The notes under the pieces were generated by a model. The model was not told the origin of the DNA and searched no databases. It worked only from the letters and a program-made list of their open reading frames with translations. This document shows, in pieces, positions 23,759 to 35,242 of a stretch of 64,000 nt of DNA. A program made the translations under genes and the position numbers. This DNA is from Tricharina praecox (taxonomy: Eukaryota), in the NCBI RefSeq assembly GCF_024521635.1, contig NW_026250413.1:1116001-1180000 (forward strand). Reading direction: 5' to 3'. Position 1 is the stretch's first letter, and each line of letters begins with the position of its first letter.

Positions 23759-25514
23759 AACTATTCACGCGGCAGGCACGATCAGCAGGAACTGGCTATG
23801 GCTGGCTCCCGGAGTGGGTGCGGAGCGATCCGAGCTGGGGCTTTTCGGGGGCGCGGCGCGCGCGGATCACATACGAGGCTAGCCCCACGGGTAGTGGGGG
23901 AGGGTACTCAGTTACGTCGCCTCGGGCCGGGGGGAGTTACAGCGAGGAGCTAGGTGAAGCCAAAGAGCACGAACGGGCGGGGTGAGGAATGGTATTGCGG
24001 AGCTATATGCGTCGGGAGGGGGAGGGGGAGAGGTGATATATGACAGGAGATGCGTTGGGGGGAGGTGGGGGGTGAGAATGGCAGCCGGTAGTTACAGTTT
24101 AAGGTGTAAGCGATGAATTGAGGCTCGACGGAATGTCCACTTAGCAACCCTCGATGTGCGCACTCCCATCCAGAGACCGAGTAATTGTGCTCACTCATCG
24201 CTTGCAGAGCACATACGTGGCAGACAGCAGAGGAAGTGAGGGAGCGAGAGAAAGCGAGAGAGAAAGCGAGAGAGAGGGGCAATTGGGCATGCGATCCTCG
24301 TCCTCCTCCTTCATCCCCGATCGCGACGAAGGATTGGCCCCAGAAACCGTCACAAACGGAACGCGCTCCTCCTCATCCCCACCCTCCTCGTTGTTGGAGA
24401 GGTTTCGTCTCGCTTATCGCACAGCGCACGGCTCGGAATACCGGTGGGTAGGGTGGAGTGGCAGCCTGGTTATCGCTGGCCGGAAGGATTCCGCAGTGTT
24501 CTTCGTATTCCACAAGACTCGCAAGACGCGACTCGCAAGTCGCGGCTCGCATGTCGCGCGTGTCGACAGAGTACAATCGGGTGTTTCGCTGCGGAGTGGA
24601 GGAATGCTTGTCACGGGCTGTCCGCGTCGTGCTGCCCGGTTCGGACGCGCTGAGAGGGAAAGAGAGTGACTGCGGGGTAACTGGGCTAACTGGAAGCTAG
24701 AACCACGATGACGATGATGCAGGGTGACGAACATGGTCAGGGTGGCCATTCTACGTGACATCTACTCACCATACATAGCTCTGCGGTGGCAGAAGAAGTT
24801 TGATCTCGCTGGGGGTGGTATACCAGCACCCAACGATCTCTCTATGAGGAAGGTGGAGCCGTTCGCGATGTCTAGGTAACGCAGGAACATTCTCCAGCAG
24901 AGACAGATGCCACATACGCTTCGAATGCAGATGGCCCACGAGCCCGGTGACGCTCACGGAGTCGAAACCCCCGGTCGAACCATATGCGATATGCGATAAC
25001 CAGAGGCCATTTGCGAGACTGCGACGGCGACGGCATTGGCTGGCCGATGTGGATATTGGTTACAGCGAAGTCGACTGCCATGTGGGAGTCCAATCACCAA
25101 ACAAAGTTCTCGACGCACTCAGGTCGCATTCCGTCATCCGTTGACGAACTACCGCTTCGCTCGTGTTCGCAGTCCGCGCATAGCGCCTCCATCCCCTCAT
25201 CCCTCCCCCGAATCATCGGCCGTTCGCTCGCTTCTTTGGAGACCCCCCACATCCGCCAAGCTCCGTCCATCGGCACCACCACCGGCCAGTAACATACCAT
25301 GCGAGAATTAAACCGATTCATGCTACATGCGATGCCCTACATACGACGACCGAAACGAAACGAACGACCGAAACACCGCCCAATATACTAGCATGTATCA
25401 TGCCAGTACTTCCGACCAAACCGTCTCGAACATACACCCCCCCCCCCTCCCCACCCCCCACATACACCCCCCATATACACCCCCCCTCCAACCCCCAGCC
25501 CTCCCCGCGCGCTC

Positions 25515-26603
25515 CTAGTACTGCGGGTAGTATCCGCCCCTCGCTGCGCCCCGCATCCTCGCAAACGCCTGGAACATCCGAGTTACTTGGCCGGGCGTGA
25601 ATTCGTTCATGCATATATCGTCCGTCTTTGGGGATCATTAGCAACGCCGACTGATCGCTGTTCAGGAGGGTGGGCCTACATAGTCCATGAAATTATGAAT
25701 CGGATCAACGCCGGGGAACCTCGCGCCGGTGCAGGTGTCTGGATTAGTCTTTGGGCAGCCATACGTGGGTCCGCGCTCCGCCGGCGTGTCCTCGACGCGA
25801 TCGTTCGTCGCCGTGCACCCGCCCTGGAACGTGTGGTACAGCGAGTGCCAGTGGCCCAGCTCGTGCGTCAGCGTCCGCCCCAGGTTGTATGGCTTTATTC
25901 CGCCCGGCAGCGATTGCGATGCTACGACGCAGCCGTCGCGCGTGCGCATGTGCGCTGTCGGGTTCACTTCTGGGCTGGTGGGGGGTCAGTGGCGCTGCCT
26001 CGGAGGAGAGGGGGGAGAGGGGGAGGGGACGGACAATGTACACCAGCCCAGCACGCCACCCGATAGTCGCGCAAAATACACATTGATGTCCCGGTATGTG
26101 CCCCGTCGCAGCGACTTCTTCATGGCCATCTCCGCCGCGGACCCCATGGTCACCCCGTACCAAGCCGCGTTCACGGTCCGCGTGACGTTGCGAAGCGTGT
26201 ACTTTATGCCCGCCGGGGCGTAGTCTTTGTTGATGACATTCAGCTGTTCCACCACCACGACCACCGGTGTGAATCCTCCGATCACAAAGGAAGGGGCGGA
26301 GAAGAGGGGGCGGCAGCAGTGCAAACCAACCTGATTCATGAGTGTACCGTTCCCGAGATTCCCCTCCGCCACCGACGGCCCCGTGCTGATGACGTGGAAG
26401 TATATGTCCAGCTCGAGCGTCGCGTTGCTGGCGTTGACGCGGACCATGGGGTGCAGTCGGGCGTCCTCCGCCATGCGCTCCATCTCGGCGATGTTGGACT
26501 CCGAGGGGTCGTCCTGTGCGCAGCGGCCGCGGCGCGGGGACGTTACATGGCCCAGCGCGGTGGTGGCGAGGGCCAGAAGGAGCGTGCGTGTGCTGAATAA
26601 CAT
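25515..26603 (-). CDS. Secreted zinc metalloprotease, family M43 (pappalysin/MEP1-like); 4 exons
   Basis: Signal peptide [18 protein letters not shown], zinc motif [14 protein letters not shown], and Met-turn NFMDYTDD followed by FTPGQ. Introns 26330-26244, 26034-25975 and 25679-25626 keep the frame. Confidence 0.92.
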
Positions 26604-29600
26604 GTTTCAGCTACAGTGGGAGGTGGAGAGGGATAAAAAGGGAGGGAGGGAGGGAGAGGGAGGGAAAGAGGGACTGTGGGTCAATGAATGAATGAATGAA
26701 TGAATGAAAGAAGGTGGTGATGAGCGCCGTCAACGAACGCGGCGAGGAATGTTGTGGCTGCACTGGCTTATATACATACGGAAATACATGCCACACTCCC
26801 TTCATCCCTTTATCCCTCCCTCGCCTGCTCCATTCCCTTCTGCTCTCTTTCACCACCACCTCATTCCGTCCCTCGGCCATGGGCGCTGGGGTGGGCTGCT
26901 CGGGTTACAGGTACATATCATATGTCCCAGATGTACCAGATGTACCAGCTGTCCACCCACCTGCGCCTATCCGGAACCTGCTGTACAGTACAGTACATTT
27001 TGCGTCGTTAGGGGGGTAAAAAGAATCCAGTAGATAGCTGAATGAATTCCCGCGCTGCCCTTTGCCTACTTACATACTTTTTCCAAGTACCTATCCATAG
27101 TGCCAGTGAATGACTGACTGAATGACTGAATGAATGAATGAGTGAATGCCAAGGCCCCCTTGATAGCTCCCGAGCTCGCCTTGCTTAACGAGTTACGAGA
27201 AACGTGATTGGATGCTGCAAAAAGTAGAATGATCGGAGACTATATGCTACAAGATTCTCCGCACGATAGGAATGTAGGATAGTTAGTTGGGTAGGTGCTC
27301 TATTTAAGGCTTCAAGTCAGCAGTAGGTACCGCAGTTTGTCCCGAGGCATGGTTCGGAGTCTGGCCTGGTTCGGAGTTTGGGGTTCTGAACGCTTGCACC
27401 TTGAAGGGTAGGGTAGAGTGGTATGGTGCTCGTGAATCCTCGCGGACTGTATGTGGTACATACGCACCCTGGAATTCTGGATTCTGGATTCTGGACTCTG
27501 GATTCCAACCTGCTTCCGAGCGGTCGCCGTTGGGTGCTGGATGTTTAGGATGCTTGGGATGGGATGCTTGGGACGCTCTGGATAGAGACGGAGGAGTCCG
27601 GGAGTCGTGAGTCGGCCATGACTCCGTGCTGACGATTCGGAGGGATGTCCAACGGCGCCAGTAGGTAGTAGTTAGGTGGGTAGGTAGGTTCGTTTCGAAA
27701 ATCCCGTGCGATCCCTCCCGCTGTTATGCGTTCATTCCCACCCCGTCCTCTCCGGATCTTCAGTGCATAGCCCGCGGGCTATCCAGTACTTGATTGATTG
27801 ATTGACTGATTGATGATTGATTGACCGATTGACCGATTGATTGATTCGGGATCTGTATAGCTATGATATAGCTATCATTACGATATAGCTATCATTACGA
27901 TATAGTAGAGAGGGCCCAGCTTTCATTCACCTCCCAACAAGGTCCCTGGATGTATGATATCACTCGCGTGGCGTCTCCAACAAAACTTCCTTAATCGGTC
28001 GTACCCTGAGTGGCTGCTATGTAGATAGATATGATGATATTGTGATATGATCTGGGGATAGATACAGGTAGGCAGGTAGTTGGTATCTCTGCGATGGAAG
28101 TTGACATCCATCCATCCATCCATCCATCCCTCTATTATCTATCCACCATATCCATAATTGCCTCTTATGTGCCTATTTGCCATCCAGTTAGTTACCTACA
28201 TAGTACTCTGCATACAAACATAGACTCTTCCCTACCGTCGGTCATTTTAGTTTCAGATAAACATCTGCAGGGGGGGAAGTGGTATACTTAGGGCTTGACA
28301 CGAGACTTGGTGCGTTTCGACGGGTCAGGGCCCAGGGTGGGGAGACTCTGAAGACTGGAGATCGGGTACCTAGTAGAGACGCTGGCCGCTGGGATCTCTC
28401 TCTCTCCGGCAGTCGTTTTGGTTTGTCTGAGGTACCACTGGTCCTGAGTCTACAACGACCAAGGCAATTCCGGACCTAGGTATGAAAGTATGAGGTATGT
28501 TCATCGTTACCAAGCCCTACAGCCGAGACCACGAGACCACGAGATGAAGCCTTCCGCTATATGTACGCAAGTAAGAAGTACTTGGAAGTACTTCGTTATT
28601 CCGGAGTACCTACCCAGTTGCCGCGCCAACCCCCAATCAGCGCGCGGGATTCCAATTGAATTCAATGGCAGTTATAACTTGTGCTGCGTGTGCGCGTAGC
28701 CGAGTGGCAGCCGCACTCTTCGTCTTCGCGGACACTTTCTTTTCTTTTTTCTTTTTTCTTTTTTCTATCGATTTTTCGTCACTTAAATCGCCGAGCTCAC
28801 CGCTCAAAATACCAGGGGACGCCAGAGATCGCCGGGATTGCCACACGGGTGACGGTGACGGTTGTACCTTGTGCCTGACAGGATTCAGGATTTAGGATTC
28901 AAGATACGGTATTCTGTGATACCTACTGTGATACTAGGTGCTTATGGCGCATTGCACAATGATAACGGGCGGGTTGTTTCGTGCTACATACCGTACACAC
29001 ATACATAGGTACATCTTATATACACACATATCATACATACCGGTAGAGCACGTAGAGCACATAGAGGTGCTTGGGGAACTTACTACCTACCGGCTCTGGG
29101 AGTCTGCGCATGCAGTTAGGCGCCGCGATATGTCATCTGCTCTCTGGTTTCTGGTTTCTGCTCTTTACGATGGCCAGGAACACGGAAGATAGACGCATGG
29201 AAGATGGAAGGAGGAGGATAGATGCATGCATGCTTGCAGCACCACAGATAGTGGACAGACGTTGTTGTCTCAAATCTTATGTTGTGGGCATGAATACGGG
29301 AAAGAGGGGGGGGGGGGGGGGGGGGCTTCCAGCTTTGTGTGGGTTGCGATGAGGTACCCGGGGATTTACACTTTCATTTTCACTTGTGGAGGAATGCGTT
29401 TTTTTCTGGTCAGTGTTCTATATTTGAGCGTCTAGTATGTACATAATATGTACTATGTACTGATAACTACCGACACGATCCTGTCATTGCGACATTGCGA
29501 CATAGGTACGGGATATCCATGACACTGTACACATGTCCCGTACGGCGTAGGTAGGTGGTGTGTAGTACTCGACAGCTCCACCGAACGGCTAACGGTACCT

Positions 29601-30571
29601 AGCCGGCTCGCGAGGGCGGTCTCACTGTGCACTCTTCATCTCAATCTCCGCAAGAGTAGTTGTGGCAGGGGAATAATAAGGGAAATCCACATTCGAGTCA
29701 CTTCCTCCTGGTCCAACATACCGGGCTCGTTCGTCTTTTCCTCTTGTTTCTCTTTTTCCTCAGCAATTCTTCAGCTTCCTCTCGTACCTCTTCGGCGTCT
29801 TCTAAGACTGGGCTAAACTTTCATCCACAAACGACTCAGATATCTAAACCCAAACATATAGTTTCTTCGTCCACTCCCAACCTCTGCCTACAATCGTCTC
29901 TGCTGCGGCCAAAACACCCTGCAGTCCTCGGAGAGTCATTCACGAGCTTGTTTGGCGTCTCCTCGCTCGCACCACTATCATACCGAGGAAAATGACCAGT
30001 AACCACACCTGAGACCGTTTTGGCGAGTGATATTACATGATTGGAAGATGCTCCATAACGCTGCTCAAGAAGCCGACAGCACTGTCTCTACGCCTTCCGA
30101 CTGTCCCCTCACGCAGTTGGCGGAGTAGATCATTGCGCCGGAGCAAAAGACCGGGGGCTTGATCGGTGCGAAATACCATTTGACGGTCCCAGCTGGCCTG
30201 GACGGTGGAGGTGGGAATAGAGTTAGAGTTAGACTTCACCGGATCCCCCTGATCGGTGTGCGTCGTCACTGACATGGACATCTGGCTAGACCCCAACTGG
30301 ATGGATCCATCTTGCCATATAACTGTCTTTCGCCCTCGATGGCGCAACGCAACCACGAATCCATCCCCCGGGATGGATGGTAACTCTCCTTCGCTCTTAA
30401 TCCGACTAGGAGGCAGTGATGATTGCGCGTCCCAGGCCACAAAGCAAATGCAAAAGCAAACCTTGAGCTACCTGCACATCCGCCCAGTCCAGCCTGGGTC
30501 TATATAAACCCAGATCACCGTCTAAACGCACCGCTCTCCATCTGTATCCAACCCCCTAACCAGTCACAAAG

Positions 30572-31030
30572 ATGCACATCAACATATGCCAGCTCCTGGG
30601 GCTCGTCCTCGTATTTCTCAATCTGGTCCTCGCGCGGCCCATCCCCAGCCCGATCCCGGCCAGGAGCATCCACGACATCGACGCGGTGCTCGATCCGCGG
30701 CCTAGCAACGCATACGAGAGCAAAGTCAACAACAATCCCGGCAACATTGACCCAGCGCAGCGCGCGCGCGAGGAATTCCGCGAGCAGCATGCGCTCGAGC
30801 ACGGCGTGAAGCCGAAGGCCCAGGCGAAGGGCCGCCGCCCGCTCAGGGATATCACCAAGAAGCGCGTGCTCGAGGATAATAATAGGGCGAGGCATAAGCA
30901 GAACGATCGGTTGGCTACTATTGTCGAGGACGTTGAGGGCGAGAAAAAGGAGGAGGAGGAGGAGGAGGAGGACCTGTATCGGTGGGGGAGGCCGACGGTT
31001 GAGTTGGGGTTCGGTATGCTTTCCTTCTAA
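30572..31030 (+). CDS. Small secreted protein of 152 aa, Cys-free mature region; effector candidate
   Basis: Hydrophobic signal peptide MHINICQLLGLVLVFLNLVLA followed by RPIP. A TATATAAA box lies at ~30501. Codon usage is GC3-rich. The 3' end is uncertain because of a possible GTATGC donor near 31015. Confidence 0.7.
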   Translation: MHINICQLLGLVLVFLNLVLARPIPSPIPARSIHDIDAVLDPRPSNAYESKVNNNPGNIDPAQRAREEFREQHALEHGVKPKAQAKGRRPLRDITKKRVLEDNNRARHKQNDRLATIVEDVEGEKKEEEEEEEDLYRWGRPTVELGFGMLSF

Positions 31031-31560
31031 CACCCCGAGAGGATACCGTGTGCGTGCGCGGCTGCTGATGGGTGTGCGGCTGTAGGGTATAACAAGGGCT
31101 CGAAGTATGACAATCGCTATGGACATCTGAGGGCTTACGATCGAACCATCGATATCGAAAAATTGGAGGAGTTTGCTGCCGGGTTGGCAGAAGATAGCGT
31201 GTTGCCGGAGAACTGATGTATGTGCTTGTAACGGAGGACATCTGGGTAGGCATCGGATGGGCGGATAAGGGATAATAGTGACTACTATACATGGACTATC
31301 ACTCACTGGCATGGACTCACAGGAAACATTCCGAACTCGAAAGCAATTGCTAGGCGGTTTTTCAAGTGAAAGACTGTTCGATTACTATGGTTTTTTTCTG
31401 CTGTGGTGAAGGTTCATGAGAGCCGACAATGCAATCAAGTCTCCAGCCCACTACTCCACAGGCAGACGAAACCCAAAACCTACGCCTCCACTAAGTACAG
31501 TAGTTGGCAGGGCAATGATCAATGATACAATGTAGCACCGCTCCCATCCATCCCTTTCAC

Positions 31561-32508
31561 CTAAACCATATTTAAGCCATCCAGGACCGCACGAACCATC
31601 TGCATCTCGCTCTCAACCACTCCCTTCTCAAGCCACCTTCCCTTGTTTCCCAACCACTCCACGGCATCTTCACTCACCCTAATCGCCTCCTCGAGCGCCA
31701 GGACCAGAATCGGCGTGCTCTCGCCGTCGTGGCCGAGAGCAAAGTATGCATCGACACTCTTCCGGACGACCTCGTACTCGTCGCGGATAGCGGATGGCAG
31801 CACGGCCGGGAGCGAACTGAGCGAGATGTTGACATTGGGCGGAGGCGGCGGCGGAGGCGGCGGATCAGCGGCGCTAGCGCGAGGATTGCGCTTGCGCACC
31901 GGCTTGGGAGGCGCCGTTTCCGCGGTGTCCGTGGTGCTAGTGGTGGCGGCGGACTGTCGACTGGCGCGGAGATTGCGCAGGGATCTGCGGTGTAGCGTCG
32001 AGCTGGCTGGTTCCGAGGGGCGCGGGGGTGAGGGTACGGGTGTGGGTGCGCATGGGGGTGGGAGTGGAGGTGGGGGGGTCAGTGCCCGGGTGCTGGGTGG
32101 TACTTGAGCTTGCTCTTGCCATTGCTCGCCGTAGTCGACACCTGGGACGGCGGGAAATGTGGGATCGTAACTAGCGGTTAAATACCAAGGGGCTGCGGTG
32201 GTTGCAGCCCAGTCTTGAACACCAGCACCAGCGACGGGGGCGGTGGCTGCAGCGTGCTCTTGGTTTCCACCAGCGGCGGGAAAGGCCAAGGCTTCTGTTG
32301 GAGCGGTCACAAGATTAGTTCCGCAGCGAGGAGGCAAACACTTTCCACTATCCGGGGAATATTTACCTGAAGCTCCCCAAGCATGCTCATCCATGAGCGG
32401 ATCCACCGTCGCAGCGGCAAGCGACATGTCGTCGACTGGTGTCGCATTTTGGAGGGCCTGCGCTAGCCAGTTATCGTCGGGATTATTGAACGTCGGGAAA
32501 GAGTCCAT
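31561..32508 (-). CDS. Hypothetical Pro/Ala-rich protein with a basic NLS-like stretch and a helical C-terminus
   Basis: Long ORF with likely ATG at 32508 (MDSFPTFNN). It contains PKPVRKRNPR and an ordered-looking C-terminal ~80 aa. An in-frame intron is possible near 32366-32295. No family recognised. Confidence 0.55.
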   Translation of the reverse strand: MDSFPTFNNPDDNWLAQALQNATPVDDMSLAAATVDPLMDEHAWGASGKYSPDSGKCLPPRCGTNLVTAPTEALAFPAAGGNQEHAAATAPVAGAGVQDWAATTAAPWYLTASYDPTFPAVPGVDYGEQWQEQAQVPPSTRALTPPPPLPPPCAPTPVPSPPRPSEPASSTLHRRSLRNLRASRQSAATTSTTDTAETAPPKPVRKRNPRASAADPPPPPPPPPNVNISLSSLPAVLPSAIRDEYEVVRKSVDAYFALGHDGESTPILVLALEEAIRVSEDAVEWLGNKGRWLEKGVVESEMQMVRAVLDGLNMV

Positions 32509-33401
32509 GATGGTTAGTGCTGTGGTAGAGGGATGTAGGAGAAGGAAGCGGTGAAAGGAGGGATGACGAACGAGTGACCATGCGTGGATGCGTGTGGAAG
32601 TTGACAATTTTAAGGGTGAACACCGCCTACCATTCGTCTCGGCATTTTACTAGCCGATTGTATCCTACGGCGCATGAGTAGGAGATATCAAACCATTACA
32701 GGTGCATAGCGGCGCGGAGCCTGTTTGCTCGATCGAGCCACGGCGGGGGAGGCACGCACAAGTGCAATTCGATTGATGCCCCCTTCCACCCAATAGCGAG
32801 ATCGGACGTTCGTGATCGCGCTTATTCGCCCGTCTTTCGCCGTCATGCCCGTCAGTAGAAATGGTGCTCCATGCTCATATTCCTTGGGTTCATCCCATCT
32901 TTTTCTGCCATCGGATAGCCGCCACTTACAAGCTTAGCTTCAGGATTTGGCCATGCACAACGGCTGTCAAATATTCCGTGCAAGAACCTGGTTGTGGACC
33001 CCTTACAGTAAATCTACGATACTGGGTGAAGCCAGAAAACGTGTGCGAACACTCGCTGGACTTTTACGAACGCAGTACCTTTAAATGTCACGAGTGATCG
33101 ATCAAGATCCGTAGCTGGGTGAGCCTGATGAGACCACACACGAGCTGTTCTATCCAAGAACTCGCCAAAAGTCATTGACAGCAAAATTATCCCATGTGTT
33201 TCACTTGTGGGCCTTGTCGACTGGGAGGCGGGCGCTAGAATACTTAGTGGGTCGTGGTGAGCCAATGACAACGGTGCACAGATAATAAGAATAACCTGAA
33301 CGACTAACTAACTTCTAGCCTTAATAATAACAACCAATCTGGAACCAAAAACAAACAAATAGTAAAAGATGCCGTCCGACTACACAATTCCAAGTATCCA
33401 T

Positions 33402-35242
33402 TCAAAAGTCTTCAAACTTCACCTCGAACCGTCCTTTCCCACCTATCCACCCGCCCCACCCACCGTCCTGTCCCCTCTTGTTCGCACCCGTCCCAATAAC
33501 GGACTCGGCCTCCCCAATCTTCTCGATCTCCCACGCCTTCAAGTGCCAAAACTTCTCTGTGCCCTGGACCCACCGGCTCGTGGCAGCTTTCACCTCCTCA
33601 AGCTCTATCGCCGCAAAGCAGAAGCGAAAGTAATCGTCCGCCTTATCGCGGCACTTCTCGCCGCCGGTAAACATTCCTCCCGGACAGGGAAGCGCCAACT
33701 GTGTCACGGCATTCCACTCCCACAATTTGGTGAGCATGTCCGCCTTGCTGTTCCCCCGGGAAATGAATGCTTTGTATGCGGGGTGCGATGACACGTCCAT
33801 TCTGATCCATACGAACATGCCACCTTCGGGCTTGTTGAAGGAGTAGAGTTGTGTTCTCTCCACCACCTCAAGGTCGTCACGTGACGTGACGGTGATGATC
33901 TCCTTGCCCTCCTCCAGAATGGCGGTCATGGAGACCATACGCTCCTCGTAAACGTCGCGAAGCGACTCGAGCCACGCCACCCAGCCGTCCATCCCCCAAG
34001 CACGACACAGCAGCTCGGCAACCATACCCTGTACGAATCCAGACGGCTGTTGGGTGCTCGACTCCGTCGCCGCCACGATCGCAGCAATGATCGGCTTCTG
34101 TGCCGTGATCCATCCCATCCTGCAGCCTGGCGCGATGGTCTTCGAGAAGGTGTCCAGTCGGATCACGCGCCCGGACGTGTCGATGCTGAGGAAGCTGAGT
34201 TCCAGCGCGGCCAAGAATGGGTATTTCGTCTCCGTATCGCTGGGGAGATTGTGAGATTCCGGCGTGAACTGTAGATGCCAATACGGGTCGTCCTCGAGGA
34301 TGAGCACATCGAACCTATCGCACAGCTCATAGATCTCCTTCCGTCGCTGGCGCTTCAGCGTGATGCCGGTTGGGTTCTGTCCGATGGTGACCGTGTACAT
34401 CAAGTGTGGACGCCGCCCACTCTTCTCGACATTCCAGTTCTCGAGGACGTCCCTTAGTCCACCCGGGCCATCGACCATCATCCCGCCCTCGTCCATCCTG
34501 ACCGGCGCGGTACTGATTCCGAACGGCGCAGCGGTCTGCAGCGCATTAGGATACGTAAACTCCTCGACGAGCATGGAGTCGCCCGCGGTGCCGAAGCATT
34601 GCACAATCTTCGAGAACCCATCGGTCGAACCACACGTGAGCACGATATCCGCTTGGTCCTCGGCATACGCGAGTTGCCCCTGCATCATGTGGGCGAACGT
34701 GAACTCGCGCACAAAGTCCGCGAGCGCGGGCAGGCCCGTGGCGCGCCCGTACTGCAGCGTCGTGGCGACGTCGATGCGCTTCTCGGCAGGCTGCGACGGC
34801 TCGAATTTCGGGATCGAAATGTGAGACGTCTTTGGGTCCTTTTCGCGTCGGCGGCGCGAGAAGAAGCTGGAGCTCGCCTTAGCGGGCGTGAGCCCGTGGA
34901 AGGCGATGTCGAGGAGACGCTCGGGTGACGCGACATCGGCACGCAGGGTGTCGTAGGGGAAGAAGCCGGGGTACGGAAGACCTGAGACACGATCGGATCA
35001 GTATCCCTTTCAGATTCGGCGGCGCGGCGGGCAATGGGATTGGATTGGATGGACAAACCGCCGGCGATGTTGGACATTCCCGGCACCATAAAGTACTTGT
35101 AGAGGCCCTTCATGACGCTGGGCTTCCGCGCGCGTGTGCTGGCGTTGAAGTGATGGGTGAGGTCCGCAGGCTTTCGCCCGGAATCGGCGCTTGAGCCGGT
35201 GGCATGGCCGGTATTGCAGGTAATTCGTGGGTGCTGCGGCAT
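33402..35242 (-). CDS. ARO8: PLP-dependent aromatic amino acid/2-aminoadipate aminotransferase, Aro8 family (exons 35242-35059, 34981-33402)
   Basis: Motifs AGGLPYPGFFP, LQYG, GQNPTG, ILEDDPYW, DTFSKTIAPGCRMGW (PLP lysine), GGMFVW and YFRFCFA. Intron 35058-34982 keeps the frame. The symbol denotes the family; orthology was not tested. Confidence 0.9.

Noticed and set aside
29690-30440. Possible minus-strand gene ending in an acidic/basic tail (SPVLEDAEEVREEAEELLRKKRNKRKRR)
   Set aside because: I could not build a consistent spliced model or find a convincing start.
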